DNA of 64,000 bases, taken from the NCBI RefSeq assembly GCF_021869535.1, contig NW_026262679.1:126480001-126544000 (forward strand), in the 5' to 3' direction. Below the pieces are notes generated by a model that saw nothing but the letters and a program-made list of their open reading frames with translations, had not been told where the DNA came from and searched no databases. The position numbers and the translations under genes are program-made. This document shows positions 26,701-38,700 of this stretch, in pieces. Each line of letters opens with the position of its first letter. Positions within the stretch are counted from its first letter, which is position 1. This DNA comes from Mytilus californianus. Taxonomy: Eukaryota.

Positions 26701-29700
26701 TGAACACAAGTTATTGTCTGGAAACTAGAAAAATGCTTATTTTTGGCCCCTTTTTGGCCCCCAATTCCTAAACGTTTCGGGCAATTACCCCCAAACTCAA
26801 TTCCAGCTTTCCCTTTGTGATATGGAACCTTGTAGTACAATTTCAGAAATATCCAAACACTTACACACAAGTTATTGTCATGAAACTAGAAAAATGCTTG
26901 TTTTTTGCCCCTTTTTTGGCCCCTAATTCCTAAAATTTTGAGGCAATTACCCCCAAAATCAATTACAGCCTTCCCTTTGTGATATGGAACCTTGTGGTAC
27001 AATGTCAGAGAGATCCATACACTTACACACAAGTTATTGTCTGGAAGTTACAAAAATGCTTATTTTTGGCCCCTTTTTGGCCCCTAATTCCTTAACTGTT
27101 GGTACCATAACCCCCAAAATCAATCCCCACCTTCCTTTCGTGGTATTGAACCTTATGGTAAAATTTCATGGAGATCCATTCACTTTAACTAAAGTTAGAG
27201 TGCGAAAACCAATGTGTCTTCGGACGACGCCGGACGACGCCAGACGACGACGACGACGACGACGTCATACCAATATACGACCAAAAAATTTTCAATTTTT
27301 GCGGTCGTATAAAAATTGCTCCATTTAGTAAAAACCTCATTGAACCAATAATAAAGTAGTTATAAAGACAATGAAACCAAAAAATTAAATGGTTTGGACT
27401 TGGAACATGTTCTACATAATTAACGAGTCGAGTCAATCATCAGATCCATCAAGGTGATATCTAATAGTCTTAAAGACGTGTAAAGTTGTGAAGACTTTAG
27501 ATCAGTCTTCCGTGGGAAGGAGTCTTCTCCTAAACATGACGACGGTCGATATCATTAATGAATTAGGCCCAGACTTCTTTGAGTGTATGTAAAAGTGGAA
27601 AATGGGTTTTATTTCGAACTCTAAAAATTGAAATTCAATTTCTGTGATTCATTTAATATACCTTCTATGATTTGCTTAAAGTTGTTTTCTTTTTTAATGG
27701 AATACCTCTCAAGTGTTTCGGTTAAAGATGAAATCAAAAATACATAGAAATAACGTATGCATATAATATTTTTGAACTGCCGCACATATTTTTGCCATTA
27801 TGGTTAACTGGATTAAATATTTACACCATTTGTTTTTCTTTCTGATTGTAGTGGAGTACGAGAGAATTCGACAGTCGGGAAGGTAAGTCTTTTTTGTCAT
27901 AGATTTAGTTAGCATCATAACACAAGAATACGTATCGTTGTAAAGTCAAATCAGTGACAAAAAGGATCAATTGAAAGCTGAGGTCAATTAAACTGAGTCT
28001 ATCTCTTTTCGGTTATTAACTTTTCCCTCCGAGTCTCCAATATAACTATATTTTTTCCTGTCTGGATGTGTACATGCTAACATACCACTGGTCGTGCCAG
28101 ACAGACATGACATACCACTGGTCGTGTCAGGTAGACATGACATACCACTGGTCGTGTAAGTCAGACATACATACCAGTGGTCGTGTCAGACAGATTAAAA
28201 ATACCACTGGTCGTGTCAGACAGACATAACGTACCACTGGTCGTGTCAGATAGATATAATATACCACTGGTGGTGTCAGACAGATATTACATACCACTGG
28301 TTGTGTCAGACTGACATAACATACCACTGGTCGTGTCAGACAGACATAACATACCACTGATCGTGTCAGTCAAACCTCACATACCACTAGTCGTGTCAGA
28401 CAGATATAATAAACCACTGGTCGTGTAAGACAGGCATATTTTTTCATATTTTTCATGTCGGGGCCTTTTATAGCCGACTATACGGTATGGGTTTTTCTCA
28501 TTGCTGAAGGCCGTACTGTTGCCTATAATTGCTTAAATCCACTTCATTTGAACTTTGGTGGATAGTTGTCTCATTGGCAATCATACCACATCTCCTTATT
28601 TGTATATAACATACCACTGGTCTAGTCAGACAGATAGAATATACCACTGGTCGTGTCAGACAGACAGATATACCACTGGTCGTGTCAGACAGACATAACA
28701 CACCACTGGTCGTGTCAGACAGACATAACACACCACTGGTCGTGTCAGTCAGACATAACATACCACTGGTCGTGTCAGACGGACATAACACACCACTGGT
28801 CGTGTCACACAGACATAACATACCACTAGTCGTGTCAGATAGACATTACATACCACTGGTCGTGTCAGACAGACATAACATACCACTAGTCGTGTCAGAT
28901 AGACATTAAATACCACAAGTGTCAGACAGACATAATATACCATTAGGCCATGAATTGGGTACATGCTATTGGGTCGAGTCAGACAGACGGTCCAAACCAC
29001 TGAATCGTGACAGACAGATGGTAACTTTGTTACATTTCTTCAGGATGTACAATTTGGTCTTTCATGGTAGCTGTCTGATTGACGTATACCCGTTATCTCC
29101 TTTTGTTCATATGTATACATAACTCATGATTAATTCGTTCTTTAAGTAACTTTTTACGTAGCTTCAAACCGATTATATTTCGTTTTTTTCTTTAAATTTT
29201 TATGTTTGTGTATTTGAATTTAAATTAAACTAGAGTGCACACGCTGAAATGTCTCGCCTGTTTTACTGATCATGACTGAATTGTATGTTGAAAGTTTTAA
29301 AGATAACAGTTTAACGACAAATATCACATACACTTAACATCACCAAGGTCGGATGGTCAGATCACCGAAACCCTTCTAGACGAACAAGTACAATTCACAA
29401 TCTTTCCATAATACATACGCCAAAAAAGTTGAAATATTGCTTAAAGTGTCTGAAACTAGAGGCTCTCAAGAGCCTGTGTCGCTCACCTGATTCTACTTTG
29501 GTTTTGGAAATCATGTAAAAATAGATTAAAATCATAACAGATACCCTAATAATGAGTGAGGCCAAATTTGGTTTAATATTGGTCCTGTAATTTAATAAAA
29601 AATCCTGGTGGCCATCTTGAACAGTAAATCGGCAACAAAGTAGCAACACTTAATCAGCACCTCATAAGAAACATTTATGCCATGTTTTGGTTTCATTCCA

Positions 29701-32700
29701 TTCAGTGCACCTCTAGAAGAAGCATTTGTATGTATTTCCCATAGGGTCTTATGTTAAAGGAAGTCCCCCCATTGGCGGCCATCATGGATGAAGGATCAGC
29801 TTCAAAGTAACAAAACTTAGTCAGCACCTCATAAGGAACATTCATGCCATGTTTGGTTTCAATCCATTCAGTATGTGGTTCTCTAAAAGAAGACATTTGT
29901 ATGTATCATCCATAGGGTCCTTTGTTAAACATTGTCCCCATCTGGCAGCCATCATGGATGAAGGATCAGCTTCAAAGTAACAACACTTGGTCAGCACCTC
30001 AAAAGGAACATGCATGCCATGTTTGGTTTCATTGCATTCAGTGGTTCTCTAAAAGAAGACATTTGTATGTATTTCCCATAGGGTCCTATATTAAACTAAG
30101 TCCCCCGCTGGCTGCCATCTTGGATGATGGATCAGCTTCAAAGTAACAACACTTGGTCAGCACCTCATAAGGAACATTCATGCCATGTTTGGTTTCATTG
30201 CATTCAGTGGTTCTCTAAAAGAAGACATTTGTATGTATTTCCCATAGGGTCCTATATTAAACTAAGTCCCCCGCTGGCTGCCATCTTGGATGATGGATCA
30301 GCTTCAAAGTAACAACACTTGGTCAGCACCTCATAAGGAACATTCATGCCATGTTTGGTTTCATTGCATTCAGTGGTTCTCTAAAAGAAGACATTTGTAT
30401 GTATTTCCTATAGGGTCCTATGTTAAACTAAGTCCCCCGCTGGCTGCCATCTTGGATGATGGATCAGCTTCAAAGTAACAACACTTGGTCAGCACCTCAT
30501 AAGGAACATTCATGCCATGTTTGGTTTCATTGCATTCAGTGGTTCTCTAAAAGAAGACATTTGTATGTATTTCCCTTAGGGTCCTATGTTAAACTAAGTC
30601 CCTCTCTGGCGGCCATCTTGGATGATGGATCGGCTTCAAAGTAACAACACTTAGTCAAGACCTCATAAGGAACATTCATGCCATGTTTGGTTTCATTCCA
30701 TTCAGTGGTTCTCTAAAAGAAGACATTTGTATGTATTTCCCATAGGGTCCCATGTTAAACTAAGTCCCCCGCTGGCATCCATCTTGGATTATGGATCGGC
30801 TTCAAAGTAACAACACTCGGTCAGCACCTCATAAAGAACATTCATACCATGTTTGGTTTCATTCCATTCAGTGGTTCTCTAAAAGAAGACATTTGTATGT
30901 ATTTCCCTTAGGGTCCTATGTTAAACTAAGTCCCCCGCTGGCGGCCATCTTGGATTATGGATCGGCTTCAAAGTAACAACACTCGGTCAGCACCTCATAA
31001 GAAACATTCATGCCATGTTTGGTTTCATTCCATTCAGTGGTTCTCTAAAAGAAGACATTTGTATGTATTTCCCATAGGGTCCTATGTTAAACTAAGTCCC
31101 CCGCTGGCGGCCATCTTGGATTATGGATCGGCTTCAAAGTAACAACACTCAGTCAGCACCTCATAAGGAACATTCATACCATGTTTGGTTTCATTCCATT
31201 CAGTGGTTCTCTAAAAGAAGACATTTGTATGTATTTCCCATAGGGTCCTATGTTAAACTAAGTCCCCCGCTGGCGGCCATCTTGGATTATGGATCGGCTT
31301 CAAAGTAACAACACTCGGTCAGCACCTCATAAGGAACATTCATACCATGTTTGGTTTCATTCCGTTCAGTGGTTCTATAAAAGAAGACATTTGTATGTAT
31401 TTCCCATTGGGTCCTATGTTAAACTAAGTCCCTCACTGGCGGCCATTTTGGATGATGGAACAGCTACAAAGTAACAACACTTGGTCAGCACCTTGTAAGG
31501 AACATTCATGCTATGTTTTGTTACATTCCATTCAGTGGTTCTCTAAAAGAAGTCATTTGTATGCATTTCCCATAGGGTCCTATGTTAAACTAAGTCCCCT
31601 GCTGGCGGCCATCTTGGATGATGGATCGGCTACAAAGTAACAACACTTGGTCAGCACCTCCTAATGAACATTCATGCTATGTTTTGTTTCATTCCATTCA
31701 GTGGTTCTCTAAAAGAAGTCATTTGTATGCATTTCCCATAGGGTCCTATGTTAAACTAAGTCCCTCACTGGCGGCCATTTTGGATGATGGAACAGCTACA
31801 AAGTAACAACACTTGGTCAGCACCTTGTAAGGAACATTCATGCTATGTTTTGTTTCATTCCATTCAGTGGTTCTCTAAAAGAAGTCATTTGTATGCATTT
31901 CCCATAGGGTCCTATGTTAAACTAAGTCCTCCGCTGGCGGCCATCTTGGATGATGGATCGGCTACAAAGTAACAACACTTGGTCAGCACCTCCTAATGAA
32001 CATTCATGCTATGTTTTGTTTCATTCCATTCAGTGGTTCTCTAAAAGAAGTCATTTGTATGCATTTCCCATAGGGTCCTATGTTAAACTAAGTTCCTCAC
32101 TGGCGGCCATTTTGGATGATGGAACAGCTACAAAGTAACAACACTTGGTCAGCACCTTGTAAGGAACATTCATGCTATGTTTTGTTACATTCCATTCAGT
32201 GGTTCTCTAAAAGAAGTCATTTGTATGCATTTCCCATAGGGTCCTATGTTAAACTAAGTCCCCCGCTGGCGGCCATCTTGGATGATGGATCGGCTACAAA
32301 GTAACAACACTTGGTCAGCACCTCATAAGGAACATTCATGCCATGTTTGGTTTCATTCCATTCAGTGGTTCTCTAGAAGAAGTTCAAAATGTAAAAAGTT
32401 AACGCCGACGACGGACGACGACGGACGACGCCGGACGACGACGGACGACGGACGACAAGTGATGAGAAAAGCTCACTTGGCCCTTCGGGCCAGGTGAGCT
32501 AAAAAAAACGACCTAACCACGAAAATCCAACGTTGACAAATGAAACAGGAAGTCAAAGTCAGACGAACCTTTCCACATGACATGTCAACCTAACAATCAT
32601 ATCATACATCAAATATAGTTGACCTATTGCTTGTCGTATGTGAGAAATGGACTCAAAATGAAAACTTAACGTTAGAGAATATATCATGAAAATTGTGTCA

Positions 32701-35700
32701 AGGTCGTATGAACCTTGCCAGACGGGCATGTATACCTTGTAACCATTCCTTACACCAATATATATAGTTGACCAATTGCTTACAGTAGCTGAGAAACGGA
32801 CATAATCTTGACATTTATAGTTGATCAATGAACCTTATACCAACATTGCTGGTATTGCTCCGTTTTTCTTTACCAAATAGGACATTATTACTTCGCTTTA
32901 ATCATTTTTTAAAACAATCCGGTCCATGTTTTAATGTTTCTATGAAAACCTAATGTTTCACCATCTATGTGACAGAGGGTTACTTTGTTATGAAATTCAA
33001 TGATTGTTTTCTGTATACCATTGTATCCACAAAGGTTATCGGAATAAACTTAGATTAAATAACCTCTAATGCAGATATGAGTCCAGAATTTTGAGATAAA
33101 AAAAGGGGGGGGGGGGGTTGCAAGTCAACGTTTGGGAGTGATACTAGTAAAATGTCTATACATTTATAATACATGTAGCTCCATAAGAGATACCTGGTCC
33201 CCCTTAATCCGTCTCTGTAATGTATGTTTGAACTATGGTAAGCCCGCAAGTCGAATGCTGGCGAGTAATATCCTTCTGGTTTACAAAGTTATAGGGCTCA
33301 GACATGGGATAGATTTGTTGATCTTTGTCCGTAACTCTTTAAAACATCCTCCATCCGTACCATGTATATCTTCTGTCTTCTCCGGATATAATGCATATCT
33401 ACGGATACACACACAAACAACGAGTAGATGTTGTCGGCGTAATGCCCAGTGGCAATTATTTCATTCACATTCCGGACGAGAATAAATTAGCAATAAGTCC
33501 AACAGCAAGGCTCTACAAAGCGGGCCAACCGCGATGATGGACGGGAAGTTAGGAAATAAATGTGTGCATGTTGGATAAGAGCAGAAATGTTGACTCGGGA
33601 CAGACCACCTACGGTCCCCGCAAAAGCTGACGCAAAGGTTTTTTAACGTGTAGAATGCGTGGCGCCTTTGCTATACGAGGCACCCGATTTAACGCGGAGT
33701 CTTACGTCCCAATTACAAATATAAAATCTGCAAATTCATTAAGGCAGTTCGACGGAACGGTGTGATTTTGCCACTCTCTTGCCAACACCCCCCCCCCCCC
33801 CTAAAAGTTCTTTTCCACCGAATTCAATCTCAGGAGACCAAATAACAGACATGGGCATAGATTTGTCAAGTCTTCCCTTGAGTAAATATAGACAATTATA
33901 TCATGTGCTTATATTTGAATATGTAAAACTTGCTAAACCAGATCAATATTTGAAAAAGTTACTTAATGAAGCGTCAAACGGAATTGTATTGTGTCAAATG
34001 TAAAAATTCAATTCGTTTAAATGAAATTTCAATTCAAATCGATAACATGTCCGCCTTTTAAAATAGTCTCTCGAAATTAAACAGTCCAATTCATTAAACG
34101 CTATAAAACAAAATCAAAATCCATAAAATAACAATACTTCCATTCTGTAGTTTATAATTGTTAAAAGACACGGTTGATCTGCAAACAATATGTCACAAAG
34201 CATATACAATTTCATCACCATTGTGTATAGATATACATTTAAATTATTAAAACATTAATATCATATTAATTAAAATAAATTTTTTGATCTGTTGTACGAT
34301 AAATTGCACTGATTAGTCTTCGACTTTAACATGCAAATTATGTAAAGTTTGAACTGCATGGATAAGCGTTGCTGGGGAGCATCGTATGGGGCTAAAGCGA
34401 GAGAAAACGAAGGCGTCGGAGACGTTGGTACTTCCGCCTATCAACCAATCCCAGTTTCCTGGTTTAGTTAGTAGGAGCTCGTAAGTAGAACTGAAATTGT
34501 TATTCTAACACAATATTCCAAGAGTCGGCATACTTATATTGCATGGTAACACGCATACTCCCACCTACTGTGAAAATAATCTTCATGGAAATGACAAAAA
34601 CATTTTAAAGAATGGCGTTTTTCCTTATTGTTACTAATGCAACAATGAATAATATCAGAATTAAAATCCGTGTTGCAATTAGTATGATTAAGTGGTTTGT
34701 ATCGGCTTTCTCACTATACCAAGTGGAAGGTACCACCTTTAAGACATGATCCAGTGGTATGTTCCTGGTTGTTTCGTCTGTCTTCTGTCTGACATGATCC
34801 GGTGGTATGTTCCCGGTTGTTTCGTCTGTCTGACATGATTCAATGGTATGTAAATTCTATAAAACATGACCCATTGATATATACCCTCTAAAAGACATGA
34901 TCCGGTGGTATGTTCCCGGTTGTTTCGTCTGTCTGACATGATCCAATGGTATGTAAATTCTATAAAACATGACCCATTGATATTTACCCTCTAAAAGACA
35001 TGATCCGGTGGTATGTTCCCGGTTGTTTCGTCTGTCTGACATGATCCAATGGTATGTAAATTCTATAAAACATGACCCATTGATATATACTCTCTAAAAG
35101 ACATGATCCAGTGGTGTGTTCTGTCTGTTTGATATGATCCAGTGGTATGTACCCTCAAAAAGACATGATCTAGTGGTGTGTACCCTCTAAAAGACATGAT
35201 TCAGTGGTATGTTCCTTCTATAACATGATCCAGTGGTGTGTTTCTTCTGCTTGACATGATCCAATAATATGTTCATACTATAAGAAATGATCCAGTGGTG
35301 TGTTCCGTCTGTTTGATATGATCCAGTGATATATATCCTCTATAAGACATGATTAAGTGGAAGACACGATCAAGCGGTATGTACCCTCTATAAGAAATGA
35401 TCCAATGATATGTTCCTTCTGGCTGATAGGATCGAGTGGTATGTACCATTTTTACGACATAATCCAGGTGTTTGTTCCTTCGGTCTGACACGATCCAGTT
35501 GTATGTTCCTTTTTTTAGACACGACCCAGTAGTATGTTTCTTCGGTCCTACAAGATCCAGTGGTATGTACCATCTTTGAGACATGATCCAGTAATATGTT
35601 CCTTCTATCTGGCACGATCCAGTTGTATGTACCGTCTTTAAGACATAAACCAGTAGTATGTTCCTTCTGTCCCACACGATGCAGTGGTGGTATGTACCAT

Positions 35701-38700
35701 CTTTAAGACAAGATCCAGTAGTATGTTCCTTCTGTCCGACACGATCCAGTGGTATGTACCATCTTCAAGACATGATTCAGTAGTATGTTCCTTCTGCCCA
35801 ACACGATCCAGTGGTATGTTCAATCTTTAATACATGATCCAGTAGTGTGTTCCTTCTGTCTGACACGATCCAGTGGTATGTACCGTAAGACATGATCCAG
35901 TAGTATGTTACTTCTGTCTGACACGATCCAGTGGTATGTTCCATCTTTAACACATGATCCAGTATTATGTTCTTTCTGTCTGACACGATCCAGTGGCATG
36001 TTCCATCTTTAAGACATGATCCAGTAGTATGTTCCTTCTGTCTGACATGATCCAGTGGTATGCACCATCTTAACTCAAAAGGACATGTTCGGGTGGTATG
36101 CTCCTTCTGTCGGACATGATCCAGTGTTATGAACCATATGCGTGACACGTCACAGTGGTAAGATCCGTTAGTCTGACATAATCCGATGGTATGGTGCGGT
36201 TTTCCGATATGACACAATGGTATGTTTCGATAGTCTGAATCTATCTGATGGTATTATCCGTTTGTCCCCCCCCCCCCATCCAGTGTTTTGGACCACTTGT
36301 CTGTCACTATTCTAGTGATATGTTCAGTTTGTCTAAGACAATCCAGTGGTACGTTCCGTTGTTCTGCAACTATCCACTGTGTACATGTATGTATCACCTG
36401 GCTGACACGAATAAGTAGTATGTTTTCTCTGTCATAAACTACCCAGTGGTATTTTCCGTCTGTCTAATATATCCCGGTGGTAGGTTCTGTTCTATACTAT
36501 CCCCTGGTATGTTCCTTCGTTCTGATATCAAGTCGTAGATACTAACTGGCAGACATGATGCAGTTAATGTGCTATCGGATGACACGATCAAGTGGTCTAA
36601 CACGATTTAACGGGTTTAAACGGGATGTTCTATGGCTCACGCTCCCGTAGTATGTTCTGTCTGCCTGATACGATCTAATGGTATGTACGATCTGTCTGAA
36701 ACAACCAAGTTACTTGTTCCGCTCGTCTAACACCACCCAGTGGTTTGTTCCGTTCGTATGATACAACCCAGTGAAATGTTACATCTGTTCTATACTATCC
36801 CGTGGTATGTTCCGTCTGTCTGACATGACCCACTGATATGTTCCTTCGTTCTGACAACAAGTCGTATGCATTAAGTGTCTGAAACGATTCAGAATAATGT
36901 ACCGCTTGTTTGACACGACCAAGTGGTATGTACCACGTCTGACTCGATCAAGTGGTTTAACAAGCTTTGTGATAATAATCAGTGGTGTGTTTGACCTTAA
37001 TGGTTAGAGCAAGTTGTATGCATAATCTATCCGACACAGTTCGGTAATATTTCTTATTGGTGTGTATCAGCTGTCTGACATAACGCGTTGATGTGTATCA
37101 GTAAACTAGTTTTCATCTAACTACTACACTTGTATTCATAGACGAAGCGTTAAATGCAAGCTGATTCCAGTTTAGTGTATCAGCTGTCTGACATAACTCG
37201 GTGAAGTGTACCAGCTGACACGCCCTGTTTTTTGTCGACTTTCCTTCAGACACAATAGTGTGTGAGGAAACGAACCAATGATGTGTTTCGACTGTCTGTC
37301 ACTATTCAAAAATATGTATCTGCTGTCAGGCACTACTCCGTGCTGTGTATCACATGTGTTACAAAACGTAAGAGAAAGTCTCTTTTGTCTTCAATGTTCC
37401 TAGTCGTGTAGCAGGTAAAATACCAACGGTACGTTGACATTTCTAGTCGCTATGTATTTTAATACCTACAATTACAACTGTATAGTTTTTTTTCAAATTT
37501 TGCGCTTGTATTTGCAGAGACCGTTATAAAGATCTTTCAAGACCAAAAGAACAAAAAATAGAATGGTGGACAAACGTAGGGTAAGTAGGAGTTCATTTAA
37601 AATGATCTTTCCTTTAATCAATAAACCCTTTGAAATCTTGAGTAGTAACAGCGCAGCCTTTGCATGCTTTACTATTAATGGTCTTTCAGACTTTAAGCAA
37701 TCTTAAAATCATGCCCTCTTTTTCTTAAAATATTTCCCCCTTTTAAAACTCGATTTAAAATATTGACTGTTCTAAACAGATGTTCTGTATTTTCCTGTAA
37801 TCTCCTGATTAAAATTCGGTTACCGTAATTTTACAATAGTTATACAGATCTAATGAGATTAAATGAATTATTAAAATATATTGTGAATAGTCTGGTGACA
37901 TGTATCAGATTTAAATCTCCAATTAAACCTGATATCATTATTTAAGGAACTATTCAGAAAACAATCATTTCTTTCCAAGTTCAAATTGCTTAAATATAAC
38001 AGGAAAACTGTTTAATGTTTTCAAGTTATTAAATACACTGTTTAATTTGCAATCCATTGTAAACCACTATTACATAAGGTACTGTTCTGGCAAGAGAGAG
38101 CCAAGAATTTCCAATACAAGATAGCCTCGAATCACTCACAAACACGACAGATATTCCCATACAATACAACTACTCAAATAGTATGGACTCTTGGGTAGGA
38201 GCTTTAGACTCGAGTATACTAACTGATATATATGCAGATTACCGAGATGTATGCATATTACGCTGATAAACTAATTAGCTTCCATTAAATCATGATTGAT
38301 ATCGTCTCCATAGCTTCATATTCTAGTAAAGATTTCACAACTGTTGTGAAATTAAAATTAATATGTATGCATATAGGCATTACAAAATGAGCCATAGAAG
38401 ACAGTTATAGTTTCTTAAATGTCTACCCCTGAAAATAATATCAAAATGGATATAACTAACGGAAAAATATTCCCGATCTTAGTAGATTTTTTCATGATTT
38501 GTCATATCAACTCGAATAATTCAGTCGTTATATTCCGCTCCTCTATAGGGTGGCTCCATAACCAATTAGGAAGGATCGGTTACGTAGAGGGTCTGAATGA
38601 TTCAGAAATATGGTTGATCAGGAGTCGTCAAAGAAATATGGCTTATGATTAATCTATAATATCAATATTTTCCTGATACTAATATTGGCTTATGATTCTG

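Larger units (their letters stand above)
23922..27315 (+). mobile_element. Composite HINE family 2, copy 1: 5' module, 126/135-bp array, 35-bp array, 161-bp array, (GAC)n, 3' hairpin
   Basis: The 5' subterminal atacgaccgca (23947-23957) is the reverse complement of the 3' tgcggtcgtat (27300-27310). Arrays lie at about 24130-26150, 26213-26436 and 26620-27200. Confidence 0.8.

Noticed and set aside
33480-33720. GC-richer segment with possible SINE central-domain similarity (minus strand cacgttaaaaaacc)
   Set aside because: No identifiable A/B boxes or second copy in the window, so it cannot be supported without a library search.
35273-36217. Minus-strand ORFs with HTTGSC repeats
   Set aside because: Translations of the 31/62-bp minisatellite, with constant frame changes.
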